From NCBI GenBank assembly GCA_951406725.2, contig OX597823.1, forward strand, positions 17,422,001 through 17,486,000: 64,000 nucleotides of DNA, in the 5' to 3' direction. Made by a program: the position numbers and the translations under genes. This DNA is from Octopus vulgaris. Lineage: Eukaryota. This document shows, one piece after another, positions 13,839-32,559 of the stretch; positions within the stretch are counted from its first letter, which is position 1, and each line of letters begins with the position of its first letter. A model generated the notes under the pieces. That model was not told the origin of the DNA, made no database searches, and saw nothing but the letters and a program-made list of their open reading frames with translations.

Positions 13839-14042
13839 TCCATATGTGTGTGTGTGTGTGTAGTTTTTACAACAAAAAGGTTAACAGTTACTTCGAACTT
13901 TCTGTTATGTAGCCTTTAGTGAGCTGTCCGATGAAGGTTAAATAATTGAAGCTTCGAAGTAACAGGCAACTTTTTCTTTGTAAAAATAAAATAAGCGATG
14001 TTATTTTCCCGAAAGTTATACAATAATTCTTCAATTGGAAAT

Positions 14043-14523
<481 letters not shown>

Positions 14524-14555
14524 ATGCACACCTAGAGAGAAAGAAGTGCTAGAGC

Positions 14556-14910
14556 GAGAGAGCGCTACCCGGGGATAAGCTCTACAGACACGGCTCGAGA
14601 AACACGGGGCGGACCTGCCCGAGATGCGGTCAGAGCGACGAAACCGTTCTGCACGCACTCGTTCAGTGTCCAACAATTTCCGACCTGTGGGCTTATGTCG
14701 AACAACTGCTGTCACGTGTGGGACGAGTCGGTTTATCAGCTGAGTCTATCGTCAATATTGTCACGCCTCCTTCCTTCAAACGGGAAGGAAGAGCTATTTT
14801 CATCATCCTTGTGGCTATGGCGAAAGAATGTATCTGGTGTGACGCGTCTGAAAGGATTGCTGTTTATTTAGAGAAATCGAGAAGAAAACTTGAGAACAAA
14901 CGTTGACCTG
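14556..14910 (+). mobile_element. Tx1/L1-like ORF2 C-terminal zinc-knuckle fragment
   Basis: In-frame DKLYRHGSRNTGRTCPRCGQSDETVLHALVQCPTISDLW...AKECIW is a CX2CX8HX4C knuckle of the zf-RVT type. Confidence 0.75.
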
Positions 14911-15065
14911 TTCATTTGCAAAAGAAATATGTGGGGGCAGTTCAAAGTGGGGAGGACAGATAATAGGGTGTTTAAGAAGATATATGGGACAATACCCTGT
15001 CAAATAATCATCAGTTGAGGAGACAGTGAAGTGGCTCCGTTCTACGTCATTGCTGCTGCTGCTGC

Positions 15066-15096
<31 letters not shown>

Positions 15097-15197
15097 GAGT
15101 TTTAGGTTAACGCTAATTGAACTGAAGTATAATCAAAAGTAATTCAGCCGTGACCATCCTGTCGTTTTTTTGGTGGGGGCACATCTAGGATTACTTT

Positions 15198-15424
15198 ATT
15201 CTTTAATTCATTTTAGTCATTGGACTGCGACCATGTAGGAGTACCACCTTGAACAAACCGACCCCTTTATTTATTTATTTATTTATTAAAAAAAAAACTG
15301 ATGCTTCTTTTATCAGCAATGGTACAAATACCGTGTGCCCCATTTAGGTTGTCAAGCGGTTGTAGGGGACAAACACAAATCCAAAGACACATGCACATAA
15401 ATAGATATATAAACATATATAAAC

Positions 15425-15516
<92 letters not shown>

Positions 15517-15669
15517 GACGGGTTTCTTTCAGTTTCTGTCTACCAAATCCGCTCACAAAGCTTTAATGGGCCCGAGGCTCTTGTAGAAGACACATGCCCA
15601 AGGTGTCACGCAGTAGGATTGAACTCGGAACTATGTGGTTGAGAAGCAAGCTCCTTACCATAGAGCCAC
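15198..15669 (-). mobile_element. SINE family A, diverged
   Basis: Reverse-complement similarity to family A with internal (TA)n. Confidence 0.75.
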
Positions 15670-15799
15670 ACTATATTTTTATCACGTTTTACAGTCTTTT
15701 ACATCTCTTTCTCCCTATCCTTTATGCAAATTCCACAGAAATTGTTTTCTGTCCTTGTGATGTCCCCCTCCTCTATTTCCCCTGTGGATAATAAAATTG

Positions 15800-17072
<1,273 letters not shown>

Positions 17073-17074
17073 TA

Positions 17075-17300
17075 TGGCGGGGTGCTAGCAGTATAGTTTT
17101 GACGCCGGATAAAATGTTTAGCTGCATTTCGACTCCGTCTTTACTTTCTGAGCTCAAATTTTGCCGAGGTCGTCTTTGCCTTCTATCCTTTCGGAGCCGA
17201 TAAAATAAAAACCAATCAAGCACTGGGAGCGATGTAATCGCCTTATCCCCTTTTCCAAAATGCCAGGCTTTGTACCCTTAATAGAAACGATTATTAGGAT
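17075..17300 (+). mobile_element. SINE family C, diverged
   Basis: Similar head and body to the 39845 copy. Confidence 0.7.
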
Positions 17301-17329
17301 TATTATTGATATCAGTTTGGTCTACCACA

Positions 17330-20014
<2,685 letters not shown>

Positions 20015-20018
<4 letters not shown>

Positions 20019-20213
20019 GGTCCCGGGTTGAGTCGGGGTTAACCACAGTAAATAAGGTACTCAATACATGGCAGAGTAAATTAATTTATTTTATAGAAGG
20101 AGCTTCTACAGGACTAGAACTGTTTCATTCAAATGAGATCATCAGGAAGCTTCCTGATAGCTTCCTGATGATTTCATTTGAATGAAACAGTTCTAGTCCT
20201 GTAGAAGCTCCTT

Positions 20214-20219
<6 letters not shown>
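20015..20219. mobile_element. Short inverted-repeat element in (TA)n with hammerheads on both arms (20101-20151 minus, 20159-20209 plus)
   Basis: agcttc-CTGATGA-tttcatttgaat-GAAA-cag ttctagtc ct GTA-gaagct: 6-bp stem I, 4-bp stem III, weak stem II. Confidence 0.7.
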
Positions 20220-20255
<36 letters not shown>

Positions 20256-20754
20256 TAGATAGATAGATAGATAGAAACTAGTAAATAGGTAGATCGACGA
20301 GAAAGAAATATGCACATCAAAGAAGTATGTGACGGAACGAGAATGTGCGAATTAAGAGGACGGAAAGAAGCAAGAAGTGATGGGAGTACAAGAAACAAAG
20401 CAAAACAGATAAGAAAGAGGGTAAGGAGGAGGAAGACATAGTGTTGTTAAGCAATTTATAATAGCGGAGAAAGCTAAAAACATTCACCTGTTACGCTGAA
20501 GGGATCGCAACACATTTAATGACGTAAAAATAGTTTTACGTTATGTATGACATGGCGAGGAATGAATGGTTAAGACATTTTTAGTTTAGAGGAATGGGGT
20601 CAACCGTGATTTCGTCGTAAATGGGACACTGAGCCAATTCAGCTGCATTCGCTCAATCGACAATGAGGGCATAATATATGATACGGAATTCAACAAAAGG
20701 CGTATACATGATAGAAGAATGCCTAAATGCTAATGATTAATTTATTATCCACCC

Positions 20755-20803
<49 letters not shown>

Positions 20804-20807
<4 letters not shown>

Positions 20808-21084
20808 CGTATATTTGCCATTTGAATATGGCTAACCCCTAAGGGTGGATGCTACTGTAGTTTGTAGCCCCGGGAAGACACCTCCTCCAGCAGGCTATAG
20901 ACACACTTTCTGTGTCTATAGTGTCTATAGCCAGCTGTGTCTATAGCCAGCTGGAGGAGGTGTCCTCCTGGGGCTACAAACTACAGTAGCATCCACCATT
21001 AGGGGTTAGCCATATTCAAATGGCAAATATACGTCTCGATGTGTTGCTGCTACTGTTTATAACTCGCTCTGAGATTTATCATGG

Positions 21085-21085
<1 letters not shown>
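20804..21085. mobile_element. Inverted-repeat element in (TA)n, same family as 50933-51905 but lacking the ribozyme
   Basis: Same left end gtgacgtatatttgccattt and same right end atttatcat; scrambled short duplications at the inversion centre. Confidence 0.85.
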
Positions 21086-21116
<31 letters not shown>

Positions 21117-21408
21117 TAAAGCACCCCATGGATTTATATGGATAATACCATACAAAATTCTGGTGCCTCTGACTTAAGTACGTACCATAGTCATCTGAAT
21201 CTAAAATTTTGCTGAACTTTTATATATATAGGGAGAGTTTACGAAAAAACAAAAGACGAAGACAGATACAAAACAAACAGATGTATTAGTATAACGCTCA
21301 GAAATAGAAATAGTCTTTTACGTTTCGAGCCTACGCTCTTCTACAGAAAGGGACACAGAAAAAACAAGGAGAGAAAAAAATGTGTGCAGTGGCTAACGAT
21401 CTATCATG

Positions 21409-21448
<40 letters not shown>

Positions 21449-21619
21449 TTATATGTATGTATATATATAATGTGTGTGTACATATATATATATATTTTCT
21501 ATTAAGCCTGGTACTTATTCTACTGGTCTCTTTTTTGCCGAACCGCTAACTTATGGGGATATAAACAAGCCAACACCGGTTGTCAAGCAGTAGTGGAGGA
21601 CAAACACAGACCTAAAGAT

Positions 21620-21699
<80 letters not shown>

Positions 21700-21703
<4 letters not shown>

Positions 21704-22162
21704 AATTTTTTGCGTAATGAGATAAAAAACCAAGGCTGTGTAGATATTAGCATTTATAGATAGAAGGTCTTAGAGCTGTTTCCAGAATATTTATTAATTA
21801 TATCCCTTCATCTGAGACAGTGTGAGAGGATGCTTAAGTCTATGTGTATAAACTCTATATTTGGAATGAACGATTTTAAATGCTGTTGGATTTTTCTCAA
21901 AAGGTATTGGAATTTTACATATATACCATTCAGCTAAAAAAAATGGATCGACAAATTCAATATCCCTACATATCTCACATCTGTTTTCTTTCCTCTACCT
22001 CACTCTCTATATTGAATTACTTAACCATCCTCTCACACCGTCTCCGATTAAGGGATATAATTAATAAATATCCTGGAAACAGCTGTAAGACCTTCTATCT
22101 ATAAATGTTCCAATATCTACACAGCCTTAGTATTTTTTATCTCATTATGCAAAAAATTCTTA
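21700..22162. mobile_element. Diverged inverted-repeat PLE-type element with two decayed hammerheads (21767-21818 minus, 22040-22091 plus)
   Basis: gtct-CCGATTA (plus arm) or CAGATGA (minus arm)-agggata...tatcctg-GAAA-c agct GTA-agac; the arms carry different core mutations. Confidence 0.7.
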
Positions 22163-22297
22163 TATACACACGCTGACATATGACCAACGTTGAACCCCTT
22201 ATTCGCAAAATCACCGAACCTGGAACTTAACTATGGTCTGTCTATAGCACTTATTTAGCATTACCAGACATCTTTGGGTCTCAATGACACCATTACC

Positions 22298-22375
<78 letters not shown>

Positions 22376-23449
22376 GTATATATATATACGATGTATATAT
22401 ATATATATACATACATATATATATATATAATATACATATATTATATACATATATATATAATATACATATTTTATATACATATATATATATATATGAAATA
22501 TGTGGGAAAAATAAATTTAAAAGAGAACAATTCATATGTTTTACTTGTGTTTTTGTGGTTGCGCATGAATGTATTTTATGATTTTTGTCTACAAACAAGT
22601 ATATGTAGGCGTGTATGTATGTATACTTCTTTTGTCTGTATGTTTTTGTGTAGGGATACATTAACACGTACGCATATACGTGTGTATATCTGTGTATATA
22701 TATATGTATATTTCTATATGTTTTTACATATGCTTTGTGTGTTTTTGTTTTTTGTTTTGGTGGATGTGTATATATTGTGTATTTTTTGTGTGTACATGTA
22801 TGTGATTTTGATTTTTCCAGTTTCAGCTAATGAGCTGTGGCCATGCTGGGGCACCGCCATTTGTGTATGTATGTATATATATATATATATTTATATATAT
22901 GTATATATGCATATATATATATATTACGTACATATAAGAGGGATAACCACTAAGTGGACATCCAATATGCTAAATGTAGACCCCATATGGTTTGACTACT
23001 AAGAAAGAATTGTTTTTAAGAAAATTCGGCAAACGCCAAAACGTAAGCGAGCATGACAAATGAAAAAGTACAAAATATAATGATTAGTCACATACCAGGT
23101 TTCATTGTTACCATTTACATACGTAAATGTCTGCAAATCTTCAGTGCGACCGTCATACAAAATATAATTTACAGAACTATACACGAGATATCCACATGAA
23201 AGATAACATTCATACAGTTCTGTTAATTATATTTGGGGGTATATTTCAAATGTCTTCGTTTTGGCGCGCCAAAACCGGAAATGACTCTGCAGAAAATAAT
23301 TTACTGCATCGACGCTTGCCGAATAGGGATTAATTAATATCAATTTTTTAACCCTTATTGTTTAAATTTTAAATGCACTTATATACACACACATGCATAC
23401 ACACATACACACACATATAATATATATATGTATATATATATGTATATAT

Positions 23450-23569
<120 letters not shown>

Positions 23570-23712
23570 TTATGCAGTATAAAGTTTGCTTCCTACATGG
23601 TTCATTGTTCACTCTCATTGCGTGGCACCTTGGACAAATGTTTTCTGCTATAGCCTGGTGCCGACCCGGATTTGGTGAGTGGATTTGATAGGCGGAAACT
23701 TTAATAACCCCG

Positions 23713-23758
<46 letters not shown>

Positions 23759-23771
23759 CTATATTTGCGTG

Positions 23772-23813
<42 letters not shown>

Positions 23814-23990
23814 AATAAAATATATTCATATATATATACATACACACACACACATATATACATCTATATTTGCGTGTATATATATATATATATGTGTATG
23901 TATATGTGTGTTTATTTATCTGTGTGTGTGTTTGTGACTGTTTTTGCAATTAGATTTACTGACTGAATAAAAATCCAGTACTTGCACTAA

Positions 23991-25015
23991 AACTTATATC
24001 AAAATAGCCATCTGTGTATGATTCTTAATGTAAATACACCAATTACCTCTGTGGCCAATACACAAAACCGAACTTGAAACTAAACGAAGTTAAGTAGGAT
24101 AAATACAGTCTCAAGGTCGGTTTTGTATATTGGCCACAGAGGTAATTGATGTATTTACATTAAGAATCATACACAGATTGCTATTTTGATCTAAGTTTTG
24201 ATAGAAAAGATAGTTTCCACAGTTCGCTCTACAAACTGTTTTGAAGACAGGAACGATATCTGTGTCTTTTCAGTCAGGTGGAACCGTTTTCAGTCTGATG
24301 GAGACGTTTCCGTCTCCCATAATGCTATCCAGGCTTTCAATAAGCTTCATACTTCATACTTCCACCTGACACCTATGTCTATGTATAAAAATACCTAAAT
24401 ATCTTAAAATGTACATTGCCATTTAGACAAATACACCTGGCAGACGATACTTACCCGTTTAAATTGGGCCGCATGGAAGTATGAAGTATGAAGCTTATTG
24501 AAAGCCTGGATAGCATTGTGGGAGACAGAAACGTCTCCATCAGACTGAAAACGGTTCCACCTGACTGAAAAGACACAGATATCGTTCCTGTCTTCAAAAC
24601 AGTTTGTAGAGCGAACTGTGGAAACTATCTTTTCTATCAAAACTTAGATCAAAATAGCCATCTGTGTATGATTCTTAATGTAAATACATCAATTACCTCT
24701 GTGGCCAATACACAAAACCGAACTTGAGACTAAACAAAGTTAAATAGGATAAATACAATCACTGGATTAACTCCATTGCGCCTGAACAAGAAATTAATGG
24801 TGTGTTTGTCAAGGATTTTGGTTGATTATCAGTTGACAGTAAATCTATCGTCACTGTTAATTTGTTAATCATTCGGCTTCTCTGTCTAATTTCCCCCCAT
24901 TGCTTTATCTGAATATGCGAGTTTTAATTATACGCCTACCCACCTGACACCTATGTCTATGTATAAAAATACCTAAATATCTCTTAAAATGTACATTGCC
25001 ATTTAGACAAATACA
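23991..25015. repeat. Complex local duplication/inversion containing two copies of part of the neighbouring LINE
   Basis: 23991-24110 recurs at 24641-24760; 24108-24362 is the reverse complement of ~24475-24731; 24363-24434 recurs at ~24941-25014; ~24435-24640 matches ~26399-26600. Confidence 0.85.
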
Positions 25016-25423
25016 GGTATATCAAATACCATACAACATAGATTCATGATTTATCAAAATCATCTCCGCTTCCACAGGATGTGTCGTATGGTATTTGATA
25101 CTGCGTATTTGATGGAGTTAAAGGCGCAGAGACATATCACACACACTCCAATTTTAGCAGCGCATACGAATGAATAAAAAGCTTATGGGAAACCCAGCTT
25201 TGGATATAACATCCGGGGTAATTTCTGTGAAAAATGAAAAAAGAAAAAGAAAGGAAGTGCGTTTATTTGTCATGAAATGGAGTACCTTATTTTTTTTCAT
25301 GTTATTCATTTATGCTATTGGCTACTCTGAGTTGTTTCAGCTCATATTTATTTAATTTATACTTTGGCATTTAAGCTTTCTCTATTTTACTGTAAACAAA
25401 GTGCTCAAAATATTATATAAATA

Positions 25424-25472
<49 letters not shown>

Positions 25473-25642
25473 AAAGTGAGTTGGGAAGATATATTACCCG
25501 GGGGCGGATACTATTTTAGCTCTTAATATATATATATATGTATATACTGTACACAAACACACACACACACACACATAGACATGCGAACACACACGCACGT
25601 ACACACACATCCACACACACACACATATATAGTTTACATAAT

Positions 25643-27640
25643 GCTCTACTGACCACCACATGATCAGATCAAAGGTCGCGTTTGCCTCAAGGAAGCGAAG
25701 CATGAAGACAAAAGGCCGACTAAGAGATAAGCTAAAGACCATGAAACTCAGAGATCCAAAAATGAAAGAGGAATTACAGAAACAGACGAATAAAGCTTTG
25801 GAAGGATGGGAATATAAGAGAAATAAAGGACTTGAAGGAAAATGGAACATCTTGAAAATAACTACATGTGTGACATCTCAACGAATCCTGGGTAAACCGG
25901 TGAAAAAACATCAAGATTGCTTCAACGAGAATTGCATACAACTACACGCCCTGCTAGAGGAAAGGAGCATTGCAAAGGCAAGGCAGCTAAATTACAACCC
26001 AAGGTCAAACAGAGGAAACTTGGTTGAAAGAAGAAGGAAGCTGCAACAGTATACTTACAATCTGAAATCGGATTGACGGAAAGCAACGCTGAAGAGCTAG
26101 AGCACCATGTTGATAAAAATGATTTGAAAGCCTCAAGACTTCGAGAGGTATACGGGCCACAGAGAAAAGACGACAAAAGTCATAGCCCCGGCGGCAAAAC
26201 AGTAATCCGGGTAAAATCGGAGATACTTGATACTTGATTGATTTGCCAATCACTTCGACAGTCTGCTTAATCTTCCAAGCGCTATGGACTATACTGCCAT
26301 CGAGAAAGTTATACAACAACCAGCCATCCGATTTTTAGAAGACGAACCTGTTTACAAGGAATTCAATGACGCAATCAAACAAATGAAAGAAGGTAAAGCA
26401 CCTGGCAGACGATGCTAACCCGCTGAAATTGGGCCGCAAGGAGGTATGAAGCTTATTGAAAGCCTGGATAGCATTATGGGAGACGGAAACGTCTCCATCA
26501 GTCTGAAAACGGTTCCACCTGACTGAAAAGACACAGATATTGTTCCTGTCTTCAAAACAGTTTGTAGAGCGAACAACTGTGGAAACCATCTTTTCTATCA
26601 ATAGCGGGGAAGATCTTGGCTCGTATTCTATTGAACAAACTAAATTATTATATCTATCCAGATAGCTTACCAAAGACATTGAGTTTCTCCCGTGGCGGTA
26701 GAAGCACTGTGGACATGATCTTTTGTTTTCGCCAAGTTCTGGGAAAATGCATTAAGAAGAACTTGCCACTGTGTGAAGTGTTCATAAATTCCACAAAATC
26801 TTTCAACACAGTATCTCGTGATAGTCTTTGGGTGGTTCTTAAGAAACATGGACGTCAACAATTCATCAAGTTGGTCAGGTCCTTGCACGAAGGAATGCAA
26901 GCAGTTCTAGTACAAGACAGCAAAACCTCAAGCGAGTTTGCAGTGGTAAATGGAGTTAAACGAAGGTGCATACCTTCTTTAGCACTGTTCTCCCTCTATC
27001 ATTGGTAGCAATGTTGGAAGTGGCCCTCGAAAGAAATAGACAGGGGATTTAAATCCAGAGGTGGAATAATGCTTATCTGTTTAATGTTGCACAGTATAAA
27101 GTATACACACGTTCTGCTAAAGTCTTAGTGCGAGAGAACATGTTCGCTGATGATAGTGTGATGGTTGCTCAGGGCGCTGAAGATATGCTGGAGCTGCACA
27201 ACAGTTCAACTTCAAGATTAAGATCAGAAAAAACTGAATGCCTTTACTAACATACGGAGATCTTACTTGCTCTTGTAACAGAAGAATACGTCATTAGACA
27301 CGAAGAGCTGGTCCAGTGCAAAGTATTCAAATATCCAGGCAGCACCGTCTCGGATAATGCACGACTGGACCAGGAAATCACATACAGAGTCCTAGTGGTT
27401 TATTTGGCAGACTACAGATGTGAAAAAAATACGCATGTTTGTATTCGGGTCGAATGTAAAGCATTTCAAACTATAGGCGCAGGAGTGGCTGTGTGATAAG
27501 TAGCTTGCTTACCAACCACATGGTTCCGGGTTCAGTCCCACTGCGTGGCACCTTGGGCAAGTGTCTTCTGCTATAGCCTCGGGCCGACCAAAGCCTTGTG
27601 AGTGGATTTGGTAGACGGAAACTGAAAGAAGCCTGTCGTA

Positions 27641-27690
<50 letters not shown>

Positions 27691-27906
27691 CACTTATAGA
27701 AATGGAAAAAACGGTCTTTGACTGCCATTTCTAATTCCTTCGGTATGAGGCAAAACAGCTCGCTGCTAGCCAACTTATTTTTCTTTACTATATACTGAAC
27801 CTTACAAAGGTCTTGACAATTATTTTGTCGTATTTACATACCGAAATTTACCGGTAAATAATTGTTGGTTACATGAAAAACCACAGGAAAATTATTTACC
27901 ATTTTT

Positions 27907-27972
<66 letters not shown>

Positions 27973-28560
27973 ATATATATATATATATGTATGTGTGTGT
28001 ATATGTTTGTGTTTGTCCCCCTAGCATTGCTTGTCAACCGATGCTGGTGTGTTTACGTCCCCGTCACTTAGCGGTTCGGCAAAAGAGACCGATAGAATAA
28101 GTACTGGGCTTACAAAAAGATTAAGTCCCGGGGTCGATTTGATTCGACTAAAGGCGGTGCTCCAGCATGGCCGCAGTCAAATGACTGAAATAAGTAAAAG
28201 TAAAGTAAAGTAAGTATAGGGCTTCTTGCTTTGTTATGCGGAGCTGAAACGTGGAAAGTCTATAAACCTCAAGAAGACAAGTGACATGCAAATATGATGG
28301 CTGAGACGAGTTATGGATATCACTCTGCTTGACAAGATCAGGAATGAAGAGGTCCTCCTGCGCGCTGGTCTGCCTCCTATGATGTTTGGGACACGCACGC
28401 AGGATGGTCACTCCAGACAACTCCTTTACTCCCAGTTATGCAAGGGGACAAGAGACTATGGAAGACTTAAACTGAGATTCAAAAAAAAAGCAATAAAGGA
28501 ATATGAAGCGGAAGGGAATAAATGTGAAAAAAAAAGAAAAAAATAGAACCGATCAGTATG
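25643..28560 (+). mobile_element. Decayed RTE-clade LINE (end of APE, RT, C-terminus), interrupted by a SINE
   Basis: STDHHMIRS, MKEGKAPG, IAGKILARILLNKL, RSTVDMIFCFRQVLGKC, KSFNTVSRDSLW, MFADDS, FKYPGSTVS; many stops. Confidence 0.88.
27472..28213 (+). mobile_element. SINE family A inserted in the RTE LINE, with a ~220-bp secondary insert in its (TA)n
   Basis: Family A head and tail flank unrelated sequence at ~27688-27910. Confidence 0.85.
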
Positions 28561-28625
28561 GAGAAAGCTTATCAAGTCATGCCAAAGCTATGAATAGTTA
28601 TAGTTGTGACGACTGACTGCCAATT

Positions 28626-29168
28626 ATGTATGTATGTATGTATGTATGTATGTATGTATGTATGTATGTATGTATGTATGTATGTATGTATGTATGTATG
28701 TATGTATGTATGTATGTATGTATGTATGTATGCATGCGTATGTATGTATGTATGTATGTATTTATGTATGTATGTATGTATGTATGTATGCATGTATGTA
28801 TGTATGTAAGTATATATATGTATGTATTTATGTATGTATGTATGCATGTATGTATATATATATGTATGTATGTATGATATATGTATGTATGTATTTATGT
28901 ATGTATGTATGCATGTATGTATGTATGACGATTACACATATAAATATATATGAATATATATATGTATACGTGTGTATATATATATATATGTATATATATG
29001 TACACACATACATACAAACATACATACATACAAACATACATACATGCATACATACAAACATACATACATACATACATACATACACACATACATACATACA
29101 TACATACATACATACATACAAACATACATACATACACACATACATACATACATACATACAAACATACA

Positions 29169-29200
<32 letters not shown>
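28626..29200. repeat. (TATG)n followed by (TACA)n microsatellites
   Basis: Direct reading. Confidence 0.95.
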
Positions 29201-29201
<1 letters not shown>

Positions 29202-29448
29202 GTGACCTATCATTGATTTTCGATGTGTGACCGCGTGTGTATCGTTGGCGATTTTCTTTTTCCGTCTTCCCTTCTTTGCACTGTTCTTTTCTTTTGTATG
29301 TTTCTGACAAAGAGCTCCGCTCGAAACGTGAAATCCTCCTTCTTTCTTTCCTTTCCTGAGCGTCCAATAACACTATACTTATTCCACGTCCTCGCGTTTT
29401 TGTGTTTGGATTAACTTTATTCATGTTTGGATTAACTATGTATGTATG

Positions 29449-29492
<44 letters not shown>

Positions 29493-29616
29493 TACTTGGA
29501 GAAAAGAAAAGAAACGAAACGACGTGAGGGCGCTCAGTCATACAATAATTTAATAAATAAAGTATATGCATACATACATATATATGTACGTACCTACATC
29601 TACATGTATATATACA

Positions 29617-29685
<69 letters not shown>

Positions 29686-29688
<3 letters not shown>

Positions 29689-30000
29689 TACAGGACACCA
29701 CAAATAAACGTAGAACTCAACGAGAAACGAAAACATAAAAACAAACTAGGAAACGGACTTTTTTTAACAACGAAAAAACAGAGTACAAGATAAACAATAC
29801 AAGGAATATTCCCCTTCATCAGATGTTCCTGGTTCGACTCAATGCGTGTTTCGAAGGTAAGGACCGAACACGATCCGGTCGAACCAGTCCTTCCTGCAAA
29901 AGAATTAAATAAAACTCCTTTGCAGAGGGGTAAAAACAAGGAAAGAAAAATATGTGACAAGAACAGGACGTAAAAGCAATACAAATAAAAATACAAATAC
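29686..30000. mobile_element. (TA)n-abutting dispersed repeat; inverted partial copy at ~48226-48405
   Basis: gagtacaggacaccacaaataaacgtagaa...tttcgaaggtaagg shared by both loci. Confidence 0.7.
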
Positions 30001-30268
30001 AAATATACACATACACACATGTTCTCTCTCTCTCACTTTCTCCTCATCCACCTCACCCTCTTGTACTGTCTTATATTCCTCCCCACCAATACGAAACTCT
30101 ATAAAATGATTAAAATTCCTCACAAAGGAACTTATTTTGATTTGAAAACCCCACTAGAATGGGAGAAAGCGCTAATGATCTAAGTGATATGATATATATA
30201 TATAAAATGTAATATATAAATAAATATCTGTAAATATAAACCATCCGATCTTCTGATTACCTCATTTC

Positions 30269-30343
<75 letters not shown>

Positions 30344-30914
30344 ATGTATGTATGTATGTATGTATGTATGTATGTATGTATGTATGTATGTATGTATGTA
30401 TGTATGTATGTATGTATGTATGTATATCGATGCATACACACATGTTTAAGCGCAGGACACAAGCACTAATTATATACATACATATATGTATAAACACACG
30501 CAAAGTACACGCCGCACACTGTTGATTCTAAAATAGTTGCTTGTCGGTAGTTCAGAAGAACCAACGACCACACCTATCATTGAATACAAGACCAAAAGTG
30601 ATTAAAGGAGTGACTGAAGCTGCTTTCGGTCATCTCGTACAAATATCTAAACGTGGCCTTCGTTATACTTCTAATAATATGGAATAATGTGGCGCCTACT
30701 ATAACGACGATGAAGACTCTATGTGGTTGCCCGACCATCTAGAAATAACAACCAAATCCTCGACAAAAGAGGATATAGAAAATGTAGTTCTTAACCTTAA
30801 AATGAAGCCACCAAAATATGAAGCTAGGGAAGCAAAATACAAACAGATGCTGATCACCCTTGATATCGTAGCTTACATCATATGAGAGGTTTGCTTGCCG
30901 AAGCTTCTAAATTT

Positions 30915-31337
30915 TGGTACAAGGCCAGCAATTTCAGGGAAGACGGTGAGTCGATTACATCGACCCCAGTGCTTGACTGGTGCTTATCTTATTGATTCCC
31001 CTGAGAGGATGAAAGGCGACGTCGACCTAAGCCGAATTTGAACTTAGAACGTAAAGATAATCGAAATGCTGCTAAGCGTTCTGCCCGGCGTGCTAACGAT
31101 TCTGTCGGATCGTCGCCTTAAGCTTCTCTAATAATGATTTCAAATTTTGGCACAAGGCTAGCAATTTCAGAGCAGGGGTTAAAGTCGATTCAATCGATCC
31201 TAGTGCTCAACTTATTTTATCGAAATCGAAAGGATGAGAAGCAAAGTCGACTGCAGTGGCATTCGAACTCAGAACGTAAAGTCTGAAAAAATGCCGCTAA
31301 GCATCACGCCTGGCCCGTTAACGATTCTGCCAGCTTG
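30915..31337 (-). mobile_element. Two tandem diverged family C-related SINEs
   Basis: Reverse-complement similarity to the family C head/body at ~30915-31118 and ~31140-31337. Confidence 0.65.
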
Positions 31338-32559
31338 CAGCTCAACGGAACTTTTCTAATATTAAGTTGTTAAATAGGCGTCATGTCCAAAGTTTGGGTG
31401 TAGGATGTAGTCACTTCTATTGACCCTCATATTTAATTGATATTTTATTTTACCGACCGTTCAGCCCGGTGGAATTGAAAATCTGAATGTAAAGAGCAAT
31501 AACTAAATACCGTTGGATGCTCCGAAGATTCTCTTAATCCAGCGTCCCAGGAATTTCTCATTTAGACACAAAGCCAGAAATTTGTAAGAACGGGCAAAAG
31601 TAAATTAAACCGATACATATACTTCACTGAAATTTTCACTGATACCGGCAATGGTGTAGCTAGACTGTGTGCTACACAAGGTAGCCCTTGAGTTTGCAAT
31701 TCCACCCGAGATCCCTAGTCTATATACGCTTATATAGCAGACCCAAAACTGTCACCCCCATTAAAGCGTCTCGCGAAGCGGATGGCCCCTCTCCCTATGT
31801 ACGTTACTGGATTCTGGAAAGATAAATTGCTAAGATGGCCTCGTTGGATTTCCAACTCAGAATGTAAATAACCGAAAAATACCTAATGGCATTTTGTTTG
31901 ACGCATTAACGATTCTGCTAATCTACTCTAAGTTTGGTTTTAAAGACCGGTTCTACTCCAATCAGCTTATATCATCCAGAAAATTTGATCCACTGTTCCT
32001 ACTGGAGTACTCTCTCCATTGTTTTAGATTTTTAAAATTCATAACAAAAGTTTTGTCAACTTATTGCTTGGAGAGTCTGTATTGATCAACGATTTTCAGC
32101 TCACTTTATTACACACGTGAAATTGTAGTTTTGCAAATAGAACACTTCCCAAGGGTACTTTCCTCAACCATATTGTCAATAGTAACCAAATATTTTATTG
32201 ACTCTCTTGGCGAAGACAATTTAAACTGTAGGCTGTAATAGGATACGGATGAATGGCAGATCGAGTCGGATCAAATTGTAAATGGCCACGTTTTTTCAGG
32301 GTTAAGGCCAAACATTAGCGTGACGAACGCACACGCAATTAGGTTTTAGTTATACAGACATCTGAAATAAAAGAATTTGCAACTGTCTAGCCATAATCGT
32401 AGAGGAATTGGGTTTCCTCTGAGCTATTGAAATGAAGTGTATGTTTATTTCGCAAAGCATTCAACTTTAAGTGCATTGCTTCGTATAGTAGAAACGGCTG
32501 TAAGCTAATGAAGATGATTAACTGACTCCTGTCCTCTTGTCACTCATTTTTGTTTTATG

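Noticed and set aside
13863-13986. Small imperfect inverted repeat (another at ~25020-25100)
   Set aside because: Short, no TSD or second copy in the window; cannot be classified.
29810-29870. Possible type II hammerhead (GAAAC...GTC...CTGATGA), also at ~48235-48280
   Set aside because: Core words are present but the stems do not close in the required register.
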